From Geosiphon pyriformis uo1 (lineage: Eukaryota > Fungi > Glomeromycota): a stretch of DNA of 64,000 nucleotides. The DNA is taken from contig JAAOMT010000706.1 in NCBI GenBank assembly GCA_016748015.1, positions 172,764 to 236,763 of the forward strand, written 5' to 3'. Positions 43,401 through 56,653 of this stretch are shown here, piece by piece. Below the pieces are notes generated by a model. It was not told the DNA's origin and searched no databases. It worked only from the letters and a program-made list of their open reading frames with translations. The stretch's first letter is position 1. The number at the start of each line of letters is the position of its first letter. A program made the translations under genes and the position numbers.

Positions 43401-45218
43401 TTTTTTTGGACAATGAGTTATCTCTGGTAAATAAATTACCTAGTGTCTTCTATGATTCTGGTGTTTTTCCGATGTCTTTGGTTTTAGAGAAATCTGTATT
43501 CTTTGATTTTGTTTGTTCATTAAAGCATTTTGGGATCACTTTTGGTAACTGATTGTATGATAAGAAAGGGAAAGTAATAGATTGGAAAACTTTCTGCCAT
43601 TAGAAGAAATTGGATCCTAGGGACCTCATGCCTCATTGGTTTGTGCTCACTTCTAAATTTTTGAATGATAAGAGTTTCATCAAATCTGTTTTGGTAGGTT
43701 CTTCTTCTCTTTTGCCTGGTTTGTGTGTTTTAGATTCCAAAAAATTTTTGGATATTTAGAATGGCTTGCATGAAATCTGGTCTGGTAATTTTGAAGTCTA
43801 TACAAATGGTTTGTTAAAAAATGCTGGTTCTGCTGGAATTATGAGTGGAGCAGCTGCATACTTTTTGGTTTTGAACATGGGTGTTGGTATTGGGGTTTAG
43901 GACCTTCTTTCTTCTACAATAGCTGAATTATAAGCAGTTGCCTTGGCTTTGGAGTGTGTTCCATCCTCTTGTAATATGGATGTGTATCTTAATAATTAAG
44001 TTGCTATTGATGCATGTGTGTTTGAGATGGTTCTTGTCTTTCCTGACTTTTATAATCACTGCTGGATGGAAAGGAGACATATTTTCAATTTGGTCTGAGA
44101 TAAAAATCTTACTGTACATTGAATTAAGGTCAAGGGTCATTTTGGGATGGCCAGTAATATAAAGACTAATACTTTGGCCAATGAAGCAGCAGGCTCTCCT
44201 GTTTTTTTGTCCGTGGGCATGCAGAAATGATTTTTGATGGCTAAAAGCTTGGTTGTGTCTGGCAATACTTGTTACTTTGTTTAGAATATGTTTAGGTTTG
44301 TTTGTAGAGCTCATTGGAAAGTGGGTCCTGGTTACAATGTGATTTCAAGAGTGTTAGTTGGTAATGTGGATTGGGTCATCACCTCAAGGGTGTGGCACTC
44401 TGATTTACACATGCTTGCAGAGTTCACTAGTCAAAAGTCAGCCACTTTGTACATGTATATAATAAAAGCTGTGCATCATAAGCTGCCTGTTGCTGTCCAT
44501 AAAAGGCTTTATGATAAGAAGTATTCTGGTGTGCTTTGTTTGTTGTGTAGTGAGATGGAATTGTCAAATTATGTCTTTACTTGTGCTCGGGATGTTGACA
44601 TTTGAAGGGAGGTTTTGTCTGAGGCTTTTGCTTTCTGGGCTTTCTTGGTCAATATTCATTGCTTGTTTTTGTCTGTTGTTTCTTGGGTGCTTGATCTTTG
44701 TCAATCAGATGTTGGCTTGTACTTGGTAATATATAAAGGTTTTGTGCTAAAGAATTAGTGTGAGGAAACTATTGAGGTTTTTGATGAGAAAGAAAAAGCT
44801 GTTAGCTTTGTTGTTAATTTGGTTGAGAAGTTGGTCAAGCTGCATTGTTTTAAAGTATAGTTGATGAGATCTGAGTTCAGAGTGCATATGGAAAAGACTG
44901 GTTTGGTTGGTGATGGTGGTGTGTTGTCAAGTCTTTTATGTTGTGTAAATTCTGTGTTGTCAGATGGTATGATCAGATTTCTTGGTATGTTAGAATCTTT
45001 TGCTGTTAGCTTTGGTTATTGCAGGCCTTGTTTTTTCTTTTCTGGTTTGGATGGTAGTCTCCATGTTAATATAGGTATGTAGTGTTGCCTTGTTTGGCCC
45101 GAGTGACTAGCCACATGTAAAAAATGCGTAAATTACATTTAGTTTGAGTCACTTAGTTTGGTTCTATGTATTAGATAGCAGTTGGGCTTCACTCATTAAA
45201 TGTACTAATAAAAAAAAA
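40436..45218 (+). mobile_element. 5'-truncated LINE (nearly whole ORF2, 3' UTR and A-tail), degenerate
   Basis: Colinear with the reverse complement of 10718-15500: INIPAKQEDV, MQKAYNSV, AFVDNTIW, KGH, CLLCSEMELSNYVFTC. Stop at 45082, then poly(A). Confidence 0.92.
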
Positions 45219-45399
45219 TATATTAATAAAGTATTTACAATTATAAAAACTATTTAATAATATTTTATAAAAATATTTTTTTTAAATAAAATAATTAAAA
45301 TTCAGTTTTTTATTAATTTTAAAACATTTTTTTGGCTTTAAATAAAAGTTTTTTTATTCAAAATTTTTTTAAGCAATAATTTAAAGCCAATTTTAATAT

Positions 45400-46230
45400 T
45401 TTTATTTGGTCAAATAAACAGAACTTATAAACTTAATCAGAAATACAGCTTCCAAAGATTTTTACAATGCAAATTCCATATAAAAAAGCTTTATATTGTT
45501 CTTTAATACTAATTTTACATTCAAAAAACCATGTATAGACTAAAAACAGTTTTAACATAAGCCAATTTGATTTTGAAAGTGACATTAAACACCAAAGTAA
45601 AAGCTATTTATCTAATAAACTTTTAATAACTAGTAATAGTTTTTTAAGTATCATTAGTGACAACACTAAAAATCAAAAAAGAAATTGAATCAGTTTTTAT
45701 CTGATTAACTCAATTTTTAAGAACAGATAATCTAATAAAAAACTGTTATTTTACTTTTAAAACTGGCAATAATTTGCTAAAAGATATCATATTTAATAAT
45801 ATAGCTAGTAATTAATTTTAGCTTATCTTAGATAATAAATTAGATAATATAATAAAAATTTTAAATAAAATCTTATTAAAAACCAAAAAAAAATTCAGTA
45901 TAATAATAGTAAAAACAAGTGACTGTTTCTACTTTTAAAAAGAATAAAAACAACATTAAAACTAATCTAAATGTGTCTCTTTAAAAGAACTTTAACTAAT
46001 AAAAAACCAGCCAAAAATAAAAAAAATGTTTTTGTAATTACCAAAGACAAATTTTCATTATTTTTAGCCAAAAAAAAACTTTTAAACCATTTTGTCTAGC
46101 TGTTTCTATAATAAAAAAAACTTTTTGGTTGAAACTTTATAAGATACTAAAGAAAAGATACCAATTATAGCTTTTTTATTCTTTGTTTTAATTGTGGTCA
46201 TAAAATTAAAAAGACAAAAAATCATTTTTA
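45400..46230 (-). mobile_element. Probable decayed LINE ORF1 5' fragment
   Basis: Minus translation ...FKIKLAYVKTVF*SIHGF resembles ORF1 KTQLIKKIFSSVNGF. Confidence 0.4.
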
Positions 46231-46486
46231 TTATATGATTTTTTGTTGTTAATTTTATTGTTAGTAAAAACTAATAAATTTTTAATAAGTTAATTTATCT
46301 TTTAAAATATTTTTCTATATTTTGAATTATATATATTATTAGACTTATAATAAAATAACCATTTTTAATCCAAACTTAAAAGTATTAATAGTTATTAAAA
46401 TTTATAATTAATTAATTTTAAAATGTTAATTTCAATTTAATAATTTTACAATAATAATAATTAAAATTTTTGGGTTTTTAATATAA

Positions 46487-46895
46487 GTTTTTTTTTTATT
46501 GCAAGTTTAACAAGTACAGTCCAACCACTATCTAAGTACATAAAATCAAAAGAGATTTCAAATTAAATGTGGCTTATGCTTTTTCTACACATGATTGGAC
46601 ACTCGGCCCAATCAAGACAGCACTATGCACATACAGGAACCGTTAAAGGTATACTATTCAAAAAACCAAAGTCTAGCCTAGTGAGGCAAGAACACAAACT
46701 GAAACACATATGAATACCCAGCCTAAAACCAAAGTCATGGATGACACCAGCATCCCACAATCCTAGCAAACTAACAATTAATGGCATGGCTGATCTGTTA
46801 TGTGACAAAAAATTGTGCTTTTCATAGAAGGCTCTTAATTTAACAGCAGGCATCCAGATATCAAATTTGTGACTTTCAGCAAGATTACAAACCAT
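46487..46895 (-). mobile_element. Short 5'-truncated LINE (second subfamily): ORF2 end, 3' UTR, A-tail
   Basis: ORF 46623-46895, conserved 3' UTR (TTGGGCCGAGTG...) and T-run at 46487-46497. Confidence 0.82.
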
Positions 46896-47490
46896 AAGTT
46901 TTATTTGAATTAATTTGTAATAGTTTTTAAATTAAATTTAAATCTAAGAAAAAAAATTTTAATTAAAATATATTTTTTTTTAAAAAAAAAGCTTTTTTTA
47001 TATATAACTTATTATAGTATTATTTTATCATTTAGCATTTTTTTTCTAATATTTTAGTAAACTAAAAATATTTTTTATTAAACTACAAGTTATTTTTGCA
47101 AATTATTAATTATTTTAGTAAATTATTAAATATTTTGTTAAATTATTAAATGTTTTAAAAAATTCTTATATATTATATAAATTTAAAATATTACATGAAT
47201 TAATTATTATAATTTATTTACATTTGTGTTTTGTATAAATTAAGTTATTAATTAAATAATAATTTAAATAATTTGATAAAATAATAATTAATGTTATTAT
47301 TATACTAATAATTTTAATTAATGATTTAAATTTTTATTAATAATATAATTTTTTTTTAAAAATTAAATTTTATTAAAGTTTAAGTACTGTTTATAATTTT
47401 CAAATAGTAATTTAAATTATTGTTTGAAAATTGTTAAAATTTCAGTTTTATAAGCTTTTTAATATATTAAATTTTTAAAAATTGTAATTT
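46896..47490 (-). mobile_element. Extremely decayed family B fragment (part of LTR, PPT, ORF3 end)
   Basis: Matches 63050-63700 with almost all C/G replaced by T/A (aaactacaagttatttt; gtttgaaaattgttaaaatttcag). Confidence 0.65.
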
Positions 47491-47589
47491 TAGATTTTTA
47501 ATTAATAAGATTTAAATATTACTTAACATAATATATTAAACTAAGTGATTTAAATTAAATATGAATTATGTACTTTTTACATATAATTA

Positions 47590-49651
47590 GTCACTTAGGC
47601 CAATTAGAATAATATTACAAATCTATTTTAACAAAAATATTATAATTAATTTTAGAATAAAAAGCACAAAAACATATAAGCCAAAACTAATATCATGTGT
47701 TTTTACAATTTCAAACAATGTAATAATATTATTAAAAAGCAAAAACATTAAATTATAGATTATTGAAAACACAAAATCATTATAAAAAAACAAACCACTT
47801 TTTTTTAAAACTATCTTATACTTAAATCTTACCAACCATATTTTTTCATAATAAATTATTTTTAAATTATGCACAAAATTAATAATTTTTTTAACAGCAA
47901 TCTGAATACTACTAAAAATAAACAGAGTTTTCAAATACTATTTTTTAAATATGCTATTTTTGCATAAAGCAGTATAAATTATATTATCAAATATACATAA
48001 AAAAAACAAGTATAAAACACAAGATAACAACAAATTCAAATCTAGCAAAAAACTTATAAAGCCATATGTAATTTAATCAAATTTTTACAAACAACAAAAT
48101 TCATCTTACATGTAAAAAAATAATCGGAAAATGAAATTTTTTCATAATAAAGACACAAAACATTAGTATATTTTTTATTGTACAAGTATTTATAAACAGT
48201 AACAAACAAACAATAATACAAAACTTTTATAAAATATAAATACAAACCAATAATGATTTTATTTGTAAAACCAGAGACCATATATAAGTCAGAATACTAA
48301 ACAGAAATAGTCTAAACCCAATTAATATTTTTTATAATATTTGTATCTATAATACCAAAACTAAATTCAATCTCTTAACAAGTATAATAAACAGTTTTAA
48401 ACACATTACAAATAAAATACCAAGTATTTTTAAATATTATTATACTACCAGCTTTGATAAATCTCTTGTAAATATAAACAAAAAGTATTAAATTTAAGTA
48501 AAAAGCAATAGCAACCAGTTTATTAGCATATTTATTACTCAAAACACTCAAATAATTTTTAACTTTAGACCAAATAATATCAAGATTTTTACTTTTAACA
48601 GAATTTATAATACAATATCTCTTAAGCCAATAACAATTATAAAAGTTTGGCAAAACCATATTTAATTTAGTTAAATAAGTCTTTAAAGCAGCTTATCTAT
48701 TTAAATATATTATAATAACATTAAAAGCAAAAATACACTTAAGTATTAAAATAATTACCTATAATTTTGTTAGCATAAATGAAACTAAATTGACTTTTAA
48801 CTTTATAAAATATCATAATAAATGATTAAAAAACTAACTTAATATTTGTAATTTAGTAATTTGTAATTAAACAAATAATTAAAAACACTATTAGTATTTA
48901 AAAAATTTATTATTACAGCTACTTTATTTTTTTATTTGTACTTGTTTAAAAGTTTTCAAATCATATAACAATAAATAATAAATAGTCTTACTAAAAAAAT
49001 TTTTTAGTAAATTAATTTTTATTTTCAAATTCTTCCTAATCAATATATTTTATTTGTTGAATATATTTTTGAAGACAAAACTAAACTGAATTTTATAATT
49101 AATAATAAGTTGTAATATAGCCAAAACTATATAAAAAACTGCTTGTTTAAAATAGTTTTTTTTAAGACTATATTAACAAAAAACTTAATATTTAAATGAA
49201 CTTTTGTCAAACTAGATTTAAACAAACTTTTTAATAATAAAAAAATATCCAAATATTTATTGAATTTCTTTTTTCATGTTATAAAAATTGGTAAACTACT
49301 TATTAATAATAAAAACTTTCTTGATTTTTTAATTGATAAAAATAATTACTGTTTTTTTATTGTTAATTAAAATATTATTGATTTTAAAAAACTTGTTTGT
49401 AATATTTAGTATATATTAAGTAGTAACCTAATTATTTCTTATTTAAATAGTATTGTTAACAAAAGCACTAACTGCTAAATAAAAAATCAATTCAGTTTGG
49501 CTTTTAACTTTGCCAGTTTAAACAACAAACTTAGTATTAATATAATAGTCACATAAACTTTTATGTTTTTTTATTTTGCATAATAAAAAATCAAAAAAAT
49601 CTTTTTAAAGCAGTAAAAAAAATTTTATAAACTGCTTACATATTTTTATAT
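47590..49651 (-). mobile_element. Decayed LINE 3' half, interrupted at 49652 by Gypsy A
   Basis: ORFs 47623-47934, 48054-48281 and 48375-48659 are AT-shifted versions of the ORF2 RNase H and C-terminus. RT remnants at 49100-49620. Confidence 0.78.
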
Positions 49652-50471
49652 TGTTACTTATAGAATATAAGAAGTATATTAGTGTATAAATTAGCCAATC
49701 AAAAATAGATGTAGTAAATATAGAATTTCAAGATTTTCATACAAAGAATTACATAGATTCCAGAATTTCAAGAATTCCAGAATTCCTGGTGTAAAAAATT
49801 AAGGAATTAAAAAATTTCAATTATGTATATATAGCAGTAGTATTAGAAATAGAAAAGACAAATCTTTTAGTTTAGATTTGATCTAAGCAATTTTCCAAAT
49901 CACAAATATTAATAAATAACTATTTTCTATTTTAATCTACTTTCCACTATTAATACTTCATGTTGATAGTAACCTATATGTGACCACATTGGAACAATAA
50001 CTCTTAATTATGACTATTAACAGAATATTAATTTAATTGCCTTGGCTTATTTTTCTTTGTTGTCTTTTCTTTCTTTTATTTTTTCTCTTTTATTGTTATA
50101 TACTAATTGATTAAGGATTAAGCACTAAGTTACTGACATCAGAGTATAGTACTGGTAAAAGACCCAGGAATAAAAGTAGACACTTAATTTGAGGATAGCT
50201 TACCAGAAGATTGCTGGCCACTATGTCAAGAAAAGAATTAACAGAATTGCAATTCTGGGAAGTGACAGACAACAAACCACCTTAACCCAAGGGTTAACAT
50301 AGAAGCATCACTAAAGGAAAGACACACTTGAATCTCTGTTTATTATATAAAGGACTCAACCAAAACCTTTAGATATGGAAATCTTCAGATATTACCAATA
50401 TAATTTAGTTATTAAGCACCAAGTTATAAATTTGTTATTTGATTTCAGACCCCAAATAATTACCTGTAACA
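49652..50471 (+). repeat. 5' LTR of family A copy 2 (820 bp)
   Basis: TGTTAC...GTAACA terminal inverted repeat. TATATATAG box at about 49826. Confidence 0.92.
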
Positions 50472-50473
50472 TT

Positions 50474-50491
50474 TGGTGCTCCCTGTGAGAT
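50474..50491 (+). promoter_or_regulatory. Primer-binding site, tRNA-Ile(UAU)-like
   Basis: TGGTGCTCCCTGTGAGAT, 2 nt after the LTR. Its complement ...CTCACAGGGAGCACCA resembles eukaryotic tRNA-Ile(UAU) 3' ends. Confidence 0.8.
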
Positions 50492-53400
50492 ATAATTCTA
50501 CAGAAAACTAGCACCAACAATAATCATCCAAACATAACAGAATCAGAAAGAATAGAGACAAACCATTTAGAATTCACCAAATCTTTATTTCAGTACTACT
50601 GTTAATACTTGAGATTAATCAACAATTACCTATTAGTAGAGTCTGTCTTCAACTTTTACATCAATAAGAAAATCTTATATTTGTTAAAAATACCAGTAGA
50701 AACCGACTCAGCAAGAGAAAATTTCTACAACAAATTAATTCAAAATACTAGTCTACCAGCAAATTATAGTTTTATAGCAATTCTCACTAAAATCAATAGA
50801 AAAATTGAAAATCACACTCAACAAAAATACCCAATTACCTATGCAAACAAAGACAAAGAAAAATTACAAACACCAGTAGTAACATTTCAAAAAATACAAC
50901 CACCTACTTGGAAAAAAACAAAAGTAAAATTACCAACCAACTCATCATATTACTATACATCTGGAAGTGCTATTAACATTTTATCACCAGGCATGTTCAC
51001 CTTAAATACAAAACTCTCATTAAGCCAACTCCCATTCCAAAATAAACAAATAAAAACTGAGTTATTAGAAACCTACAGCAATTACTTTGAAGAATTTAAA
51101 TCATGATTATTAATGCCATCAGAATTTTGATCCCTACCACTTCAACCAGATTTCGGAATTACAAATTCTTGGAAAGTAACAGAATCAGAAGAAAAAGAAA
51201 ACAAGAATTGAGAATTTAATTATCAAAACCCAATTTCAGAAAACCTGAAAATTGAAACTCCAAATATTCAAACTTAAGAAAATCAAAATAAACCAAACTC
51301 CAACATAATTAATCAATAATACTTATCTCTAGTAATCATAGTTAATCAGCCACCAATTGAACTGATTGCTAAACCAATTCAACAGCTGCAAGTATTATCT
51401 TAACAACAACTGTAACAACCACTTCAACAATTACCACAACAACAACAACAACAAGTCATAGTACCAATGGCATACACCTCTATCACCAAATTAGAAAAAA
51501 TTATTGGCAAAGAAAAAATGTCTAAATTTGGCTTAATGATATTGCCAAAGCAATTACTGCTAACAATTGGGATAATGTCAGAGCTCTACAAACCATCCCA
51601 TACTTTTTGCAAAATACTGCTAATTCATAATATCAATGCTTAATCAATAAACTTATTACTTTTGATGTGTTTAAAATAGAGTTCTTAAGATATTTTAGCA
51701 ACAATAATAGTATTAATCACTTAGCCAATATTTTTACTACTATTAAGCAAGAAAAAACTGAAGCAGTCACTACTTATTTAGAATGCTTTCATAGAAACTT
51801 GTGCCAAATATAAGCAATTGACACAAATTACTTTATAGCATCACTAATTTTGAACCAGTTTATTTATAGACTATGCAATAGCATCCTTCAATACATATAT
51901 CCAATGCATCTGCAAACTTTCTAAAACACAATTACCAATACACAAGATTTCGAATTTGCCAAATTCAAAGCAAACTATGTCCAAGTTATCAATCTAGTAA
52001 TGAATAGATTATTTAAATTGGATTCTAAATTAAAACAATTCAGTAATTCAATTAATCAGAAACTAAAGAAGTACTTAGCTAACAATAATCAGACCATATA
52101 TCAACTGCCACAATATTGCAACAATTCCAAAAACATTGATCAGCACCAAAATCAGTTATATTTTGTGGCAATGTAATCATTATGGCAGCAAAAAACATGT
52201 ATTTGCCACAATTGTAGTAAACAAAGTCACATTAGGATTGACTGCCATGCCAGAATTAATAGTCAATGATTGGGTAATTAATATTAAAACTCTAATCACA
52301 GATTTCAAACCCAACAATCTATTAACTAAACTATATCAATATCAATTTTATTACTCACAAATAATGCAACAACCAATATACATTCTTCCAATTTATCAAA
52401 TTTCAGCTCCAATTATTTATTAATTACAGTCACAAGTAATTTATTAACCACAATCTATTACCACACCACCCCAAAATTCAGCTCAAATATCCAGAAATTT
52501 GAGACCAAGAATCACACACACCCAACAGAACTGATAATGCATTAGCCAATCTTCAGCCAATTCTTAGTTCATCTTAGCAGCCAGCAGAATCATGGCAGCA
52601 GAGTTTGAGAATTGAGTACAGCCAAAACCCAAATTTCCAGAATTATTTAAGTCTTTTGGTTACACCAGAAAACATCTCACCCAATAAGCTAAAACCCAAA
52701 CAAAAGCAGTCACTTACTAACAACATACTACCAACAACTATTATTGAAGACGAATCACTTATCATCATCTTTCTTTTTGAATTAAAGAAACCAGTTGAAA
52801 CACTACTATTTAGTAGAGCCATTCTAGAATCAAAACTTATCATTGCAATGTATACAGATGCTAAAGTTGATAGTCAGTCCATTAAACTGATCTTAAATAG
52901 TAGATCAGCTGGCAGCATTATCACTTGACAACTCATATATCAATTAAATCACTGAGTTGATTATGCTGCCAGTGCATAAATAATCATTACTAATAGGGCA
53001 ATAAAGACTCCAATAAGCAAAATTAATGACTTTTCCTTTAAAGTCAGTAGTATTATTGCACCAATTAAAGTTTTTGTTATGAAAGCCACCTAGTACCAAG
53101 CATTAGTTGGTAATAACTGGCTGTTCAAGACCAATGCTGTGCTCAATTAGAATACTCAGGAACTACAACTCAGCCAAAATGGCCAATATACTCAAGTACT
53201 AGCAATCTGTGGTTATTTCAGAACTACCACCAACAAATAGTCACTAATAGAGTTAAAAAAAGAAGAGAAAAAACCCACCTGAAAAGCTTATTAAGTCTTG
53301 TGGACTGATATCAACCACAACAATCTACTACTGGTACCTACATGGGAAAAAAAAAGAAAAAAAAAAGAAAAAAAAGAAGAAGAAACTCAAGCCACCATCT

Positions 53401-53844
53401 TTAGCTTGACAACATACTCCACTACCACTCAATCACAGCCAAACTATTGTCAACTCAAGTTAATTTATGTCAATTGTGACAAAAAATTATCAACAATGGG
53501 TGCATATTATAATAACAATAAAAACTGGCCAATGGCCACAAAATATTACTGTTATCTATGCATTCTTGAATGATTTAGATGACCTAAGTAACAAGAAAAA
53601 TGGGACAATGAACCATGTCTGGCTTGTGGAAAAACTCTTTTTGACAAAGAAATGTGGAACAACATTCTTGAAAGAAAAAGAATGTGTGACAAATCATGCC
53701 AATACACAATTCTAATCAGTAATTAGGTACACAAAAAAACACCAATAGATACTGTCTAAAGAAAAACAGTAAAATGCTTAGATAATTGTTCACACAATGA
53801 CAATGAAATCTGGTGAATGGCTCTCACCAAAATTGAAGATGCGT

Positions 53845-54643
53845 TCTTACAGGTGATTATTTGGGGTCTTAAATCCAATAACAAATTTGTAACTTGGTGC
53901 TAATTTGTTTAATGATATTGGTAATATTGAGAGGTTGTTTGTATCTAAAGATTTTGGTAATCTAAAGGTTTTATGGTTGAGTTTTTTGTATAATAGACAG
54001 AGATTTAGTTGTGGTTTTAGTAGCTTTTCAGAATTGTAATTCCATCTAATTTCTTTCTTAGCTTGGTGGCCAGTTTTATTCTGGCAGTCGTGCTTTTATG
54101 GTAAGCTATCTGTTAATATATATAATATTACTCTTATTTCTGGGTTTTTTACCAGGCTATCTGTAATGTCAATAACTCAGCACTTAATCTTTAATCAATT
54201 AGTAACAACAAAAAATTAACAAAAAAAATAAAAAAAATAAAAAAACAAAAAAATAAGCCAAAACAATGAATATTAGTATCTCATTAATAGCTATGATTAA
54301 AAGCTATTGTTCCAGTATGGTTAAGTATTGGTTACTATTAACATAAAGTATTAATAGTGGAGAATGGATTAAGATAACAAATAATTATTTATTGATATTT
54401 GTGGATAGAAAGATTGCTTAAATTAAATTTAAACTAAGAGGTCTGTCTTTTCTACTTTTAATACTACTGCTATATATACATAATTGTGATTCCTCAATTT
54501 TTTAATTCTTTGCCTCAAAAATTTTGGAATTCTTGGAATTCTGCAATTCTTTTGAGAAAAATCTTGGAATTTCATATTTACTATGGCTACTTCTGATTGG
54601 TTAATTTATATGCTAATATACTTTCTATATTCTATAAGTAATA
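53845..54643 (-). repeat. 3' LTR of family A copy 3
   Basis: Inverted homologue of 49652-50471. Preceded on the minus strand by an A-decayed PPT (54644-54660). Confidence 0.9.
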
Positions 54644-54659
54644 TTATTCTTTTTTTTTA

Positions 54660-55330
54660 ATATTGAGCTCTATCGAGATCCCTTAATGCTAACTCTCTAT
54701 TTTTGAGTATTTCTTGAACTTTTTTTTTAAGAATTATTTGTGTTAACTTGTTCTGTAATTCTTCAAATTAGGCATTGGTTATTTTTCTTATTTGGTTAAT
54801 AGTAATAGTATCCATTGCTGGATTGAGTAAGATTTCTGGTTGATCTTAAAATTCCATTTATAATCAATAGATGGCTTATGCTTGTGTAGTTAGATTGCTT
54901 TTTTTCACAAATTGCTTAAGTTGTTATAATATTTCTGGATCAAATAATCACTTTGTTTTATCTGTATATAAGTTTTGGATATTCAGATATTGTCCCAAGT
55001 GGAAATAACAAAAGTTTCTTGGAAATTATTGTGTCTATTACTTCCAAGTTTCTTTGATTAATTCTTGATATGTGGTAATACTTATTGGCTTTTTTATTGC
55101 TAATTTTACTTTTAGAATTATTTTGTCAATGGTGTTTTCTGGTTTTTTCTGTACTTTGTATTAGGGTATTTTTCTGGCATTTCTGTATTGAATGATTTAT
55201 TGGTTGATAGTAATTTCTATATTCCATTGTTGAATTAATTATAAGAGTTGTTGTGCTAATAAGTAAATTTTGTTAGTAATTTCTATTTTTCTGATATCCT
55301 CTGTTACATCTACTATGTTTTTATATATTC
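54660..55330 (-). pseudogene. Extra ORF3 of family A, between integrase and PPT
   Basis: One frame reads CYFHLGQYL...AIY*L*MEF*DQPEILLNPAMDTITINQIRKITNA*FEELQNKLTQIIL. Every stop is one transition from a sense codon. Aligns without gaps to family B ORF3. Confidence 0.7.
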
Positions 55331-56653
55331 TTTTGGTTGATCAATTTGGTGTATTTATGTCGATAATGATGATTGGTTCTAGATCTTATGGAATTTCATT
55401 TGGTCTAATTAGTATTTTCTGTACTCTTAACTATAAAATATTACTAGTAGATAATGATACTATATTGTAATATGGTTTCAGTCAATCACCATATGCTGCT
55501 TTGGTTAAAATTTTGTTGTTTCATCTTAATTTATAAGCTCTATTTCCAAGACTTTCTTTTATGTGAAATGGTCTATCTCATTTGGAATCAAATTTTCCAC
55601 TCCATTGTTTTTCTGCTTTGATATAATATAGAAGTACTTTGTCTCCAATTTTGAATTCAACTAGTTTATCTGGCAGTTGGTTATTATGTCTTTCTTTTTG
55701 TTTTTCTTGTAACTTTTGAATATGATCAGCTGCTTTTTGCCATTTGTTTTCTAGTGTTTTTATTAAGTCATATGTTTTTCTCAACAATGTTTTTTAGAAA
55801 TTGTTTTCTGTTATTGGTTCAGTTGGATATGTGCTGATTTTTATTTCTACTGGTAGTGTTGCTGTTTTACTGTATACTAGTTCAAATGGTGTTGCTTGTG
55901 TAGTATCTTGTTTTATTGTTCGATAAGCAAATAATACTAATAGCATAAACAAATCTCATTCATCTTGATTTTTTTGGCTGATTTTGGTGATTGTTTTACA
56001 CAATGTTCTATTGAATTTTTTGACTAAGCCATTGGTTTATGGGTAATATGGTAATGATAATAGTTTTTTTATTCCAAATCTTTGACTTAATTCTGCTAAT
56101 GTTCTATTTACAAAGTGAGTTTCTTGATTGGATAGTAGTTCTTTTGGACATCCATGTTGACACATCAAATCTTGATAAATGAATTTGGCCATGAATTCTG
56201 TATCTGCTCTTTGAATGGCTTTTGCTTCTGGCCATTTAGTAAGATAATTCATAGCTATTGCAATATATCTGTTTTCTTTGCTGGTTATTGTTAATAATTT
56301 GATTAAGTCAATTTTAATGTGATCAACAGTTGCCCTACTTTGATTGGTTTCAATAGTTTACTGGGTTTTGTTCCTCTTCTTTTCTGATAAGTATTATAAT
56401 TTTGAACATATTGAATGATGTCTGAATACATTAATGATTAATAGTATTTTTTTTGATTCTTTTTATGATTGCTTCTTTGTAAAAATGTCCTGCTGTTGGA
56501 TCAGAGTATATGTTGAATAATATTGTTTCTTTTTCTGGTTGGTTGATCTGAATTTTTTCTGTTTTTCTGATAAAGTATATCTTAGTAAGTAATAAAATAT
56601 TTGGATTGTTGTTTGATATGACTTTGTTTTTTTGGATTAGATATATTTGCTAG

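Larger units (their letters stand above)
49652..53844 (+). mobile_element. Ty3/Gypsy family A copy 2 (5' LTR, PBS, gag, protease, Cys-rich region), interrupted by copy 3
   Basis: LTR followed by PBS. Gag ORF 50609-51106. Protease MYTDAKVDSQSIKLILNSRSAGSIIT (decayed LDSGS). Confidence 0.9.

Noticed and set aside
45094-45112. TGGCCCGAGTG as a tRNA A-box or tRNA gene
   Set aside because: No B-box or cloverleaf; it is part of the LINE 3' UTR.
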